NCBI GenBank assembly: GCA_038231275.1
Contig: JBBRLQ010000054.1
Location: 1-29,113 of the forward strand
Origin: Polyangiales bacterium
Lineage (GTDB): Bacteria > Myxococcota_A > Polyangia > Polyangiales > Polyangiaceae
Length of the DNA: 29,113 nucleotides
Direction: 5' to 3'
How positions within the stretch are numbered: position 1 is the first letter of the stretch; every line of letters starts with the position of its first letter. Shown one piece after another: positions 1 through 9,205 of the stretch. The notes beneath the pieces were generated by a model. That model searched no databases, was not told where the DNA came from, and saw nothing but the letters and a program-made list of their open reading frames with translations. The translations under genes and the position numbers were made by a program.

Positions 1-2265
1 GACGCCACCGGCGTCATCCAGATATTCAACGTGGGTGCAGAGCGAATGCTCGGGTACACGGCGGCCGAGGTGATGAACAAGATCACGCCCGCCGATATCT
101 CCGACCCGGACGAGGTGATCGCGCGCGCCAAGGCCCTCAGCCACGAGCTCGAAACGACGATCACGCCAGGCTTCGAGGCGCTGGTGTTCAAGGCCTCGCG
201 CGGGATCGAGGACATCTACGAGCTGACCTACATCCGCAAAGACGGGACTCGGTTTCCGGCGGTCGTCTCCGTCACGGCGCTGCGAAACGCGCAGCACGTG
301 ATCATCGGGTACCTCCTGATCGGGACCGACAACACCGCGCGGCAGCAGGTCGAGGCCGAGCGAAAGAAGCTCGATCAGCGCCTGCGCGACCAGCAATTTT
401 ACACGCGGTCTCTGATCGAATCGAACGTCGACGCGCTCATGACCACCGACCCATTCGGCATCATCACCGACGTCAACAAGCAGATGGAAGCGCTGACGGG
501 CTCGACGCGCGACGAGCTGATCGGCGCGCCGTTCAAGGGCTTCTTCACGGATCCGGAGCGGGCCGAGGCGGGAATCAGGCTCGTTCTGAGCGAGAAGAAG
601 GTCACCGATTACGAGCTGACGGCGTGTGCGCGCGACGGGAAGAAGACCGTCGTCTCTTACAACGCCACCACCTTCTACAATCGCGACCGCACTCTGCAAG
701 GCGTCTTCGCCGCGGCCCGCGACGTCACCGAGCGCAAGCGGTTCGAGTCAGAGCTTCAGCAGGCCAAGGCCGTTGCCGAGAGCGCGAACCAGACGAAGAG
801 CGACTTTCTCGCGAGCATGAGCCATGAAATCCGGACGCCGCTCAACGCCATCATGGGCGTCGCGGACCTGCTCGCGAAGACCACGCTCAGCCTGCAGCAA
901 GACAAGTACGTGCAGATCTTCCGTCGCGCCGGCGACAACCTCTTGAACCTCATCAACGACATCCTCGACCTCTCCAAAGTCGAAGCCTCACAGCTCGACC
1001 TGGAACATGCCGGGTTCGGCGTGAGGGACTTGATCGAGAAGGTGATGGAGATCGTCGCGATCAGGGCGGAGGGAAAGGGCCTGACCCTGACCTGCGAGAT
1101 CGCGCCGGACGTGCCCGCCAACCTGGTCGGGGACCCGGCGCGGATTCGGCAAGTGCTGCTCAACTTGCTCGGCAACGCGGTCAAGTTCACCGAGTCGGGC
1201 GCTGTGTCGCTCCGCGTCGCGGTCGATCCCGACGCCAGCGTCCCGCACGCATTGCGGTTCGAGGTCACGGACACTGGGGTGGGAATCCCGGCCGACAAGC
1301 TGACCCTCGTGTTCGAGCGCTTCACGCAGGCCGACTCGTCCACGACGCGCAAGTTTGGCGGCTCGGGGTTGGGGCTCACGATCTGCAAGCGCCTCGTCGA
1401 GGCCATGGGCGGCCGCATCTGGTGCGTGAGCGCTCTCGACTCGGGGAGCGTCTTCACGTTCGTCTTGTCGCTCGAGCCCTGGAGCGGGGGCCCGCTGGAG
1501 GCGGCCCCCTCGGGCATCATAGGCTCCGACGAGCCGCTGCGGCCGCTTCGAATCCTCCTGGCGGAGGACTCACCCGACAACTCGGCGATCACGATCGCTT
1601 ACATGGAGGGCACGCCCTACCGGGTCGAGATCGCCGAGACGGGCGCCGCAGCGTGTGAGCTGTTCGCGGCCGGCCACTACGATCTCGTCCTGATGGACCG
1701 GCAGATGCCGGTCATGGACGGCTTGACCGCGACGCGGACCATTCGTTACTGGGAGCGGGCGAACGGCCGCAAGCCCACGCCGATCGTCGCGCTCACCGCG
1801 TCCGCGCTGAAGGGGGACCGGGAGATGTGCCTCGAGGCGGGGTGCACCGCGTTCTTGACGAAGCCCATCCGACAAGAGGTGCTGCTGCGCGCGATCAGGG
1901 AGCACTCGGTCGCGCCGCCGCCGTTCTCCGATCCTGAGCGCGTCCCGATGGCCCAGAACCTCGCCATCGTGTACCCACAGCTGGCGGCGAGGGTGCCCAC
2001 GTTCCTGAAGAACCGCAGGCGGGACGTCGTCGCGATGCAGGATGCTCTTGCGCTCGGTGACTTCGAGATCGTCGGGCGCCTGGGTCACTCGATGCGCGGC
2101 TCGGGCGCTAGCTATGGCTTTCAGGCCATCACGGACATCGGCGCGGCGCTGGAGCGAGAGGCCGGGAAGGCCGATGCCGACGCATCACGAAAGTGGGTGA
2201 GCGAGCTGTCCGCTTACCTGGACGGAGTCGACCGCCAGCGTTCGTCCGGCACCCTCCCCGCGTAG
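1..2265 (+). CDS. Hybrid sensor histidine kinase (PAS-PAS-HisKA-HATPase-REC-Hpt), 5'-truncated by window edge
   Basis: Frame is open from base 1 (DATGVIQIFNVGAERM...). Two PAS/PAC-like segments, H-box FLASMSHEIRTPLN, N-box LLNLLGNAVKFT, G boxes DTGVGI and GGSGLGL, receiver LAED...LMDRQMPVMDG...KP, C-terminal Hpt-like LGHSMRGSGASYG. Confidence 0.93.
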   Translation, partial: DATGVIQIFNVGAERMLGYTAAEVMNKITPADISDPDEVIARAKALSHELETTITPGFEALVFKASRGIEDIYELTYIRKDGTRFPAVVSVTALRNAQHVIIGYLLIGTDNTARQQVEAERKKLDQRLRDQQFYTRSLIESNVDALMTTDPFGIITDVNKQMEALTGSTRDELIGAPFKGFFTDPERAEAGIRLVLSEKKVTDYELTACARDGKKTVVSYNATTFYNRDRTLQGVFAAARDVTERKRFESELQQAKAVAESANQTKSDFLASMSHEIRTPLNAIMGVADLLAKTTLSLQQDKYVQIFRRAGDNLLNLINDILDLSKVEASQLDLEHAGFGVRDLIEKVMEIVAIRAEGKGLTLTCEIAPDVPANLVGDPARIRQVLLNLLGNAVKFTESGAVSLRVAVDPDASVPHALRFEVTDTGVGIPADKLTLVFERFTQADSSTTRKFGGSGLGLTICKRLVEAMGGRIWCVSALDSGSVFTFVLSLEPWSGGPLEAAPSGIIGSDEPLRPLRILLAEDSPDNSAITIAYMEGTPYRVEIAETGAAACELFAAGHYDLVLMDRQMPVMDGLTATRTIRYWERANGRKPTPIVALTASALKGDREMCLEAGCTAFLTKPIRQEVLLRAIREHSVAPPPFSDPERVPMAQNLAIVYPQLAARVPTFLKNRRRDVVAMQDALALGDFEIVGRLGHSMRGSGASYGFQAITDIGAALEREAGKADADASRKWVSELSAYLDGVDRQRSSGTLPA

Positions 2266-2354
2266 CGAGCGCCGCAGCTTTACCTCCGACCTTCGGGAAG
2301 CCGTTCTCGCGGATCGCGGCCCACTCTCCGCTCGACTGGTGATAGGAGGGCGCG

Positions 2355-3758
2355 ATGCGTCGCGCGGGTTTCGTCGTCACGTTCCTCGGCGTCCTCACTT
2401 CGTTCGCCTCCGCGCACGCGCAGGACACGCTCCTCCCCACGGAGCCACCCGCTGCCGCGCCCGCGCCCGTGCCCTACGTCGCGCCGCCGCCGGATATGGA
2501 CACGCCGGTCGTCCGCCCGCCTCCCGAGGCTCCACCGCCCGAGGTCGTCTTCGCACCGGAGCCTCCTGCGCCGGCGTTCGGTGCGCGCGGACAGTTCGTG
2601 CTCTCGGGCGGCACGAGCGCAGGGATCACGTCGGCAAGCTTCGACGGCAGCGACGCGTCGAGGTTCTCGGTCACCGTCGGGCCGAGCCTTGACTACTTCG
2701 TCCTCAGGAACGTATCGATCGGCCTTACGGCGTCCGTCTCGTATTCGGACGCGAAGGGGTACGGCGCGGACAGTAGCCTCGTCGAGACCACGACGACGAG
2801 CGTTTCCGGGGGTGTTCGTTTCGGGCTCAATGTTCCGCTCGCACGCGTCCTCTCGCTCTACCCGCGCGTGACGCTCGGTGTCGAGTCGCTCCATCGTGAG
2901 CTCGCGCTGATCTCCGGACGATCGCTCTCCATCGTCGGCAGCGCGATCGGCACGCCTGCCACGACCCAGTCCGGTCCTTGGATCGATCTCTCGGTGCCGC
3001 TTCTGCTTCACCCCGTGCCGCATTTCTTCATCGGCGCGGGCCCCGTCTTTTTCCATGCGTTTGGCCGCGCGCAAGAGGGTCCCGACGTCGGCGGTCAACG
3101 CACGAACGTCGGGGCCACGCTTATCCTCGGCGGCCATTGGGGAGGTGATCTGCCGGCGACGACTCCAGCCGAGCCCGCCGCCCCTCCGCCGACCGCGCGG
3201 GAGCGTCGCTTCGGCGACCGCGGCCAGCTGGCCCTCTCCAACGAGATCGGGGCGTCGCTGCTCTCGCAATCGCATCAGGGAACCAGCTCGAGCTCGTTCT
3301 CGGCGAACGTGTCGCCGGCGCTCGACTACTTCGTCGCCAACCACCTCGCGGTCGGCCTCACGGCGGGCGTCTCGTACGTGGACACGTCGGGCATCGACCC
3401 GACGAACGGCAGCAAAGTGACGTTCACCCGAACCCGCGGGTACGTCGGACCGCGCCTAGGGTTCGACCTTCCGATCGCGAGATGGCTCTCGTGGTATCCG
3501 CGCGCGGCCATCACGCTCGGATGGGGCAGCACCGACGAGGCGTCGGGCCTCCAGCACAACAAGGCCGACGACGCGATCGTCAACGTCTCCCTCTACGCGC
3601 CCCTCCTCGTGCACCCCGTGGCGCACCTCTTCGTCGGGTTCGGTCCCTTCGTGGGGCACGACCTCTCGCACTCGTACGGCGCGCCGGGGAGCTCCCGCAC
3701 TCGACAGCTCCTGGAGACCGACGTTGGCGCGAACCTCGTGGTGGGCGGGTGGCTCTGA
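2355..3758 (+). CDS. Outer-membrane protein with signal peptide, Pro-rich linker and two tandem homologous beta-barrel-like domains
   Basis: SD AGGAGG upstream; signal peptide ending AHA-Q; two repeats FGxRGQ..LDYFV..YPR..PLLxHPVxHxFxGxGP..GGxW with alternating amphipathic strands; terminal GGWL. Confidence 0.75.
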   Translation: MRRAGFVVTFLGVLTSFASAHAQDTLLPTEPPAAAPAPVPYVAPPPDMDTPVVRPPPEAPPPEVVFAPEPPAPAFGARGQFVLSGGTSAGITSASFDGSDASRFSVTVGPSLDYFVLRNVSIGLTASVSYSDAKGYGADSSLVETTTTSVSGGVRFGLNVPLARVLSLYPRVTLGVESLHRELALISGRSLSIVGSAIGTPATTQSGPWIDLSVPLLLHPVPHFFIGAGPVFFHAFGRAQEGPDVGGQRTNVGATLILGGHWGGDLPATTPAEPAAPPPTARERRFGDRGQLALSNEIGASLLSQSHQGTSSSSFSANVSPALDYFVANHLAVGLTAGVSYVDTSGIDPTNGSKVTFTRTRGYVGPRLGFDLPIARWLSWYPRAAITLGWGSTDEASGLQHNKADDAIVNVSLYAPLLVHPVAHLFVGFGPFVGHDLSHSYGAPGSSRTRQLLETDVGANLVVGGWL

Positions 3759-3768
3759 CCGAAGCGCG

Positions 3769-5187
3769 CTACTTCTTCAACGCCGCATAAAACGCCGCGT
3801 CGCGACGGCGAATGCGCAGGAGGAGCTGCCCGTCCTTCGACGCCTCTTGCAGCTGCTGCGACGTCGGCTCGACTGCGCCATCGACCTCGACGATCACGTC
3901 GCCGGCCTTGATTCCTGCGCGATCCGCCGACGAGCCAGGCGCGACGTTGGTCACGACCGGCATTGCCTTCGGCGGCAACCCGAGCTGCTGCGCTTGCTGG
4001 GGCGACAGATCGCGCACGCTCATCCCGAGCCCCGCGTGCGGCACGCCCTGCTGCTGCACCGGGAGCGGCGGAATCGGCGGCTCGGGGCGCGCCGTCAGCG
4101 TCACGCTCGATGCATAGTGCTTGCCGTCGCGAACGATCTCGAGCGCGATCGTCTGACCAACGTCGTGCTGGAGCACCTCGCGAATGAGCTCGCGCCCGTC
4201 GTGCACCGACTTCCCCGCGACCGACGCGATGACATCGCCAGGGCGCACGTTGGCCTTCGCGGCGGGGCCCGCGTCGTTCACGAGGTTCACGAGGGCGCCG
4301 GCGCGCGGATCGAGCTTCATCGCCCCCGCGAGCTCCGGCGTCAGATCCTGGATGCCGACGCCGATCCAGGCGCGCTCGACGTGGCCCGTCTTCAAGATTT
4401 GCTCGGCGGTGCGGCGCGCGAGGCTCGAGGGCACCGCGAAGCCGATTCCGGAGCCGCGCCCGGCGATCATCGTGTTGATGCCGAGGACGCGCCCCTCGAG
4501 ATCACAGAGCGGGCCGCCGGAGTTGCCGGGGTTGATGCTCGCGTCGGTCTGGAGATAGTCCTCGATGGCGTTCATGCCGACACCGCGCCCCTTCGCGCTG
4601 ACGACGCCGGTGGTGACCGTGTAGCCGAGGCCGAACGGCGAGCCGATCGCGACGACCATCTCGCCGACGCGCGCCGCGTCGGAGTCGGCGAACTTCGCGG
4701 CGACGAGGCCGGTCGCGTCGACCTTGATGACAGCGAGGTCCGTCCCCGGATCGCGACCCACGAGCTTCGCGGGGAGAAACCGCCCGTCACGGAGGTGCAC
4801 GTTGATCGTGAGCGCCTCGTCGACGACGTGGTTGTTCGTGAGGATCGCGCCGTCGGGCGTGAAGACCACGCCGGAGCCTGTGCCGCGCGCGATGGGCGAG
4901 TCGGTGCCGCTCCCGCCGCGACCGATCCATCGCAGGACGTTGTCGGCGTTCTCGTCACGCGTCGTCACGTCGATCTGGACGACGCTCGGGCTGACGCGCT
5001 CCGCCACGCTCGCGAACGCGTCCGAGAGGCGCCGCGCCTCGGCCTGCGACGCCTGAAGCTGCGCGGGTGATGACGTCGGGGACGGCTGAGCGAGCGCGAC
5101 GGTGCTCGAAAACGCGAGCGCCTGGCCCAGCGCCAGGGCGACGAAGACTCGAACGCAGACGAGAACGGACTTGGACGACGACGGCAT
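3769..5187 (-). CDS. degP: DegP/HtrA-family periplasmic serine protease with two PDZ domains
   Basis: TNNHVV (His), TDLAVIK (Asp), INPGNSGGPL (Ser), two PDZ-like repeats; signal peptide. Start placed at ATG 5187 behind SD GAGGAG. Confidence 0.92.
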   Translation of the reverse strand: MPSSSKSVLVCVRVFVALALGQALAFSSTVALAQPSPTSSPAQLQASQAEARRLSDAFASVAERVSPSVVQIDVTTRDENADNVLRWIGRGGSGTDSPIARGTGSGVVFTPDGAILTNNHVVDEALTINVHLRDGRFLPAKLVGRDPGTDLAVIKVDATGLVAAKFADSDAARVGEMVVAIGSPFGLGYTVTTGVVSAKGRGVGMNAIEDYLQTDASINPGNSGGPLCDLEGRVLGINTMIAGRGSGIGFAVPSSLARRTAEQILKTGHVERAWIGVGIQDLTPELAGAMKLDPRAGALVNLVNDAGPAAKANVRPGDVIASVAGKSVHDGRELIREVLQHDVGQTIALEIVRDGKHYASSVTLTARPEPPIPPLPVQQQGVPHAGLGMSVRDLSPQQAQQLGLPPKAMPVVTNVAPGSSADRAGIKAGDVIVEVDGAVEPTSQQLQEASKDGQLLLRIRRRDAAFYAALKK

Positions 5188-5211
5188 GAGCTCGCTCCTC
5201 TCCGAGAGGCA

Positions 5212-5237
5212 AACAGACCGGCTGCACGAAGCATTCC
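5212..5237 (-). promoter_or_regulatory. Putative ECF sigma promoter GGAAT-N18-GTT upstream of degP
   Basis: Minus strand GGAAT-gcttcgtgcagccggtct(18 nt)-GTT, ending just upstream of the degP SD; matches the SigR/SigH-type consensus. Confidence 0.4.
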
Positions 5238-5323
5238 GGTGGGGTGTCACAACCTTCGGTCCCCTTGGTTGGACGCGCAAGGGGCAAAGGCGTTGCAGTC
5301 TCGGCGCAAAATCGGTGCGCCCG

Positions 5324-6376
5324 TCAGCGGGCAGGGATGAGCTTCGTAACGACGCGAGACCACGGGAGCGCCCCCATCGCGCGGGTGGACTCGTAGAGGG
5401 GGGTGCCGGGTCCCGTCAGATCGGTCAACTCCATCGTCGTCGCGCCGCGCGCCGCGGCGACCCGTGCGGAAAAAACGATCAGGGCCGGGACGAGGCGCCT
5501 GGGATCGGTGGCCGGGTCGAGCGCGAACCGCCCGAGGATGCCGCGCTTGGCGGGCAAGAACGGCGGGTCGAGCGCCATGATCGCGAGGCTCCCGGCGGCG
5601 CGCACCGCACCGCGCTCGTCGACCCCGACGATCTCGGTCGGATCCGCACCCGTGGACGCCACGTGCGCGAGGTGTGCGGAGATGGCGCCGACGATCGTCG
5701 CGTCGACGGCGCGCGGGCGATCGAAGCGAACGTCCCCCGACGCGCGGCGGCGAGCGGCGAGCGTCGCGTCGAGCAAGGCGACGGCGAGCGCGTCCCGAGG
5801 CTCGGCGAGGCGCGCGGTGAAACGCGGTGAGTGATCGGATGGGGCCGGGGCGCGAGCGATCGCGTCCTCGATTTTGATGCGGGTGCTCCACGCGATCGGC
5901 GCGTAGCCGATCTTCGTATAGAACGTGTGCGCAGGGTTGGGCTCGAGCACTTCGGCGGCGAGGACCGTCGGTCCGCCGCGCGACAGCGTAGACGCGGAGC
6001 GCGCGAGCGTGTCGAGGAGCGCGCGTCCCGAGCCGGCGTTGCGCGCGCCTCGGCTCACGATGAGCGAGCGCACCTCGCACGTGTTCGGCGTCGTCGTATC
6101 GACACCGTGCCGCTCGAACCATCCTTCGACCTGACCGGTGAGATCGGAGCCGGCCGCGGCGACGAGGTGGATGTGACGACCCAAGATCGGGTGACCACCG
6201 CGCACCCGCGCGTCCTCCTCGAGGCGCGCGGCGAGCTGATCGTAGACGCGAAGGTCTTTCGAGCCGGTGTATCCGCCCCACGCCTCGTGAGCGTCCCAGA
6301 GCTCGCGCCACAGCGACGCCACCGCGCGCCCCTCACCCGGCCGGGCGGCGCGCACGACCAGGTCGGCCACGCTCAT
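5324..6376 (-). CDS. GNAT-family acetyltransferase with two tandem GNAT-like domains
   Basis: N-domain VRAARPGE...LIVSRGARNAGSGRALL...AHTFYTKIGY; second degenerate domain ARLAEPRD...LYESTRAMGA. The ATG overlaps the truA TGA (ATGA). Confidence 0.75.
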   Translation of the reverse strand: MSVADLVVRAARPGEGRAVASLWRELWDAHEAWGGYTGSKDLRVYDQLAARLEEDARVRGGHPILGRHIHLVAAAGSDLTGQVEGWFERHGVDTTTPNTCEVRSLIVSRGARNAGSGRALLDTLARSASTLSRGGPTVLAAEVLEPNPAHTFYTKIGYAPIAWSTRIKIEDAIARAPAPSDHSPRFTARLAEPRDALAVALLDATLAARRRASGDVRFDRPRAVDATIVGAISAHLAHVASTGADPTEIVGVDERGAVRAAGSLAIMALDPPFLPAKRGILGRFALDPATDPRRLVPALIVFSARVAAARGATTMELTDLTGPGTPLYESTRAMGALPWSRVVTKLIPAR

Positions 6377-7167
6377 CCGCGCGGCCATGGCTCCCCTGCT
6401 CCCTCGGGAAGCTGGACGTCGACGTGCTCCAGCGTCAGCCCATGCGCGGGCGCGGTGATCCCCGCGTCCTTGCGGGCGTGCGAGGCGAGCGCGCGCGCGA
6501 TCGTCCCCTCCGCCAAGTGCCCGCGCGCCACGTCCATGAGCGTCCCCACCACGATCCTGACCATGTTGTAGAGAAAGGCGTTCCCCTCGATCACGATGGC
6601 GACGACCCGTCCGCCTGCCTCTCGCTCCACGTCGCAGCGGGTCACGCTCCGAACCGTATCGTTTCTGGCGTCATGGGACGAGCGAAACGCCGCGAAGTCA
6701 TGCGTACCGATCACCGCGCACGCCTCGCGCGAAAGCTTCTCGAGGTCGATGTCCCACCCCAACCGCCACGCGCGATCGCGGAGGAGCGGATCGCGAATTC
6801 GATCGAGGAGGACCCGATAGCGGTAGCGCTTTCCCTTCGCGGCGAAGCGAGGGTTGTATCCCTCCGGGACCGCGCGCGCCCAGCGCACGCAGGCGTCGTC
6901 GGGCATGTGCTGGTTCAGCGCAAGCACCCAGCCGCGCGGCGGAATGACGAGCGACCCGTCGAACGCGGCGACCTGCCCCTCGGCGTGAACGCCCGCGTCG
7001 GTCCGGCTCACCCCGCGCGGCGCGGAGGCCTTGGGGTCGAGCTTGTGGATCGCGCCGTTGAGCGTATCGGCAACCGTTCGGCCTTCGCGCTGCGCGGCCC
7101 ACCCGCTGAACGCCGTACCGTCGTACGCGACGCCGACGAGGACCCCGAAGCGCTGGCTCTCGGCCAC
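6373..7167 (-). CDS. truA: tRNA pseudouridine(38-40) synthase TruA
   Basis: YDGTAFSGW, SRTDAGVHAEGQV (catalytic Asp), GTHDFAAF, AFLYNMVRIVVG, TAPAHGLTL. GTG start inferred at 7167. Confidence 0.95.
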   Translation of the reverse strand: MAESQRFGVLVGVAYDGTAFSGWAAQREGRTVADTLNGAIHKLDPKASAPRGVSRTDAGVHAEGQVAAFDGSLVIPPRGWVLALNQHMPDDACVRWARAVPEGYNPRFAAKGKRYRYRVLLDRIRDPLLRDRAWRLGWDIDLEKLSREACAVIGTHDFAAFRSSHDARNDTVRSVTRCDVEREAGGRVVAIVIEGNAFLYNMVRIVVGTLMDVARGHLAEGTIARALASHARKDAGITAPAHGLTLEHVDVQLPEGAGEPWPRG

Positions 7168-7171
7168 GCCG

Positions 7172-7495
7172 TCACCCGCCTTCGTCCGCGTCACCCGATT
7201 CGGCGTCCGCGGGAAGCGCGTCGTCCGCCCCGTCCGCGGTTCCGTCGGTCGGCGCGCGTTCCGTCGCAGCGTCGCGAACGTTCTCGGGGGAGCCGTCGAG
7301 GACCGGGGGCTGCGACGCACACGTGAGCCCGCTGCACACGCCGGAGAGACAGTCGTCGTTCTTCAGGCACGCATCGCCGATGCCGCGGCGCGTCTCCGCG
7401 CACGCGAGGATCGCGGCCATCCCGACCACACCGGCGAGGACGAGCAACCACGACGCGGCACCCGCCGCCCTTCGACGCGGGCGCGTGGAGAGCAT
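7172..7495 (-). CDS. Small Cys-rich lipoprotein
   Basis: Basic N-terminus, hydrophobic stretch, lipobox ILA-C, four-Cys motif GDACLKNDDCLSGVCSGLTC, acidic D/A/G tail. Confidence 0.7.
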   Translation of the reverse strand: MLSTRPRRRAAGAASWLLVLAGVVGMAAILACAETRRGIGDACLKNDDCLSGVCSGLTCASQPPVLDGSPENVRDAATERAPTDGTADGADDALPADAESGDADEGG

Positions 7496-7498
7496 GGC

Positions 7499-7801
7499 TC
7501 AGCCCGCCTTCGCGTCGCGGACGTCGGCGCCGGTGTCCTTCGGCGCGTCGACCGGCGAGTCCTGAGGAGCGTCGACCGGCGCGTCGATCGGGGGCCCGGC
7601 GTCCGCGTCCGCGCCCGTCCCCGCTTCGCCGTCGACGCCCGTGTCGAAGATGGGAACCGAGCCGTCGCCGTCTGGTCCACACCCCGTCGCCGCGTCCGAG
7701 CAGTCCGGCGTCTGTCCGTCGACGCAGGCCGCGACGAGCACGCCGAGCCCGCACGCGCACGCCACCGCCGCGAGCGTCACGAGGCGGCGCGACGAGTTCA
7801 C
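7499..7801 (-). CDS. Small lipoprotein with low-complexity D/A/P tail (not listed separately in ORF track)
   Basis: GTG overlaps the upstream TGA (GTGA); MNSSRRLVTLAAVACACGLGVLVAA-CVDGQTPDCSDAATGC then PIDAPVDAPQDSPVDAP repeats. Confidence 0.7.
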   Translation of the reverse strand: MNSSRRLVTLAAVACACGLGVLVAACVDGQTPDCSDAATGCGPDGDGSVPIFDTGVDGEAGTGADADAGPPIDAPVDAPQDSPVDAPKDTGADVRDAKAG

Positions 7802-8385
7802 TTTCCGCCTGGTATGAAGTTCATCGGCACGGTCGCGTCGATGCAGCCACCCTTCGGCGCTGGGAAAAACCCGGTCTGCCGGAATTTGTTCGCGACGCAC
7901 TGCGCGACCTGCGCCGAGCCCATGTCGTTGCTCGCGACCGACGCGTTGCACACCTGTCCGTTCGACGCGACGCGGACGCTGATCGCGATCTTGCCCTTGA
8001 GGGACGAGTCGTTCGCGAGCGCCGAGTCGTAGCAGGCGTGGGCCTGCTTGGCGCGGAACGCCAACGCGCTCTCGAGGTCGCCGGTCGAGGCCCCACCGCA
8101 CTTCGCGGCGTTGCAGACCGCGCCCGGGTTGCCGTTGTTGGAGAGCATCTTCGTCCCCGTGTCGGGCCCGGCGTCGGGGATGGGCGGCGGCGGCGGCACG
8201 TCGTCCTCGATGTTCGTGTGCACCGCGGTCGGCGCGTTCGCGTCGGGGGCGTGGATGACGACCTTGGTCGTATCGCCGCTCGACTTGATCCACCACAGAC
8301 CGCCGATCCCCAAGAGGAGAAGAACGGCGACGATCGCATACTTGGCATTCCCGCCGCCGGTGGGCGGGGGTGTGATCGAGTTCAT
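7798..8385 (-). CDS. Membrane-anchored AgmX/PglI C-terminal (TonB-C-like) domain protein
   Basis: One TM helix, Pro-rich linker, domain ACYDSALANDSSLKGKIAISVRVASNGQV...CVANKF...FPAPKGG...VPMNF typical of this myxobacterial family. Confidence 0.8.
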   Translation of the reverse strand: MNSITPPPTGGGNAKYAIVAVLLLLGIGGLWWIKSSGDTTKVVIHAPDANAPTAVHTNIEDDVPPPPPIPDAGPDTGTKMLSNNGNPGAVCNAAKCGGASTGDLESALAFRAKQAHACYDSALANDSSLKGKIAISVRVASNGQVCNASVASNDMGSAQVAQCVANKFRQTGFFPAPKGGCIDATVPMNFIPGGK

Positions 8386-8496
8386 CTTCGATTCAACCTC
8401 GACGTCGCTTTCCCCTGCAGTTTCGGACCCCAGTATACAGACTGCGGGAGGGCGGATGGCAAGCTCGCGGATCGATCCCCCGAATTTGGGCGATCC

Positions 8497-9126
8497 TCAG
8501 GGGTTAGAGGATGCAGAAGGCCCCGCGAGGTAGAAGCTGAGGCAGCTATCGCCGTAGCGCCGGGTCTCTTCCCGCGTGAGGCCGGGGAGCTCTGGTCCCC
8601 TCTCGTCTGCGCCATCTGCCCCATCCCGGCGCCCTCCACGCGCCGCCTCACCACGCGCCGGCGCGTGCTCGAGAACGACCAGGGCTCCCTCCGCGAGGGC
8701 GCCGGACGTGACGACGAGTCCGATCGCGGTCAGCCCGGTCCCGTCCTCGACGTCGGCGTAAGGCGGATCGATGAAGACCAGGTCGAAGGCGCCCTTCGAG
8801 AGCCCTGCCGCCGCGCGTTCGACGGGCAACGCGACGACCTCGACGACCTCCCCGAGCGCGAGCGCCGCAACGTTCGTCCGCAGGGCGCCGAGAGCATCCC
8901 TCCCCTTCTCGACCACGGTGGCGCGCGCGGCACCGCGCGACAGAGCCTCGAGCGCGAGCGCTCCGGTGCCGGCGTAGAGGTCGAGGACGCGCGCGCCCGA
9001 CAGCGCCCCTCGTCCCTGGAGGATCGAGAACAGCGCCTCGCGAACCCTGTCCGACGTGGGCCGGGTCGCCTGCCCACGCGGCGCGACGAGCGCTCTCGAG
9101 CGATGGATGCCCCCGGTGATGCGCAT
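8497..9126 (-). CDS. rsmD: 16S rRNA m2G966 methyltransferase RsmD
   Basis: MRITGG, TRPTSDRVREALF, VLDLYAGTGALALEALSRGA, FIDPPY, RRYG. Confidence 0.93.
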   Translation of the reverse strand: MRITGGIHRSRALVAPRGQATRPTSDRVREALFSILQGRGALSGARVLDLYAGTGALALEALSRGAARATVVEKGRDALGALRTNVAALALGEVVEVVALPVERAAAGLSKGAFDLVFIDPPYADVEDGTGLTAIGLVVTSGALAEGALVVLEHAPARGEAARGGRRDGADGADERGPELPGLTREETRRYGDSCLSFYLAGPSASSNP

Positions 9127-9167
9127 GCGATTTCTCCGCCTACCACATCGTCGCACGCGAGGACCTT

Positions 9168-9196
9168 TTGATCCGGGACGCCCGGACGGTTACGCT
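9168..9196 (+). promoter_or_regulatory. Putative sigma70 promoter of PEGA gene
   Basis: TTGATC-N17-TACGCT, ending 9 nt before ATG 9206. Confidence 0.5.
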
Positions 9197-9205
9197 GCCG
9201 GCGAT

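Noticed and set aside
8432..8462. TTGCCA-N19-TATACT promoter for the AgmX-like operon
   Set aside because: Good hexamers but a 19-bp spacer and no MerR-type dyad seen; plausible but not supportable.
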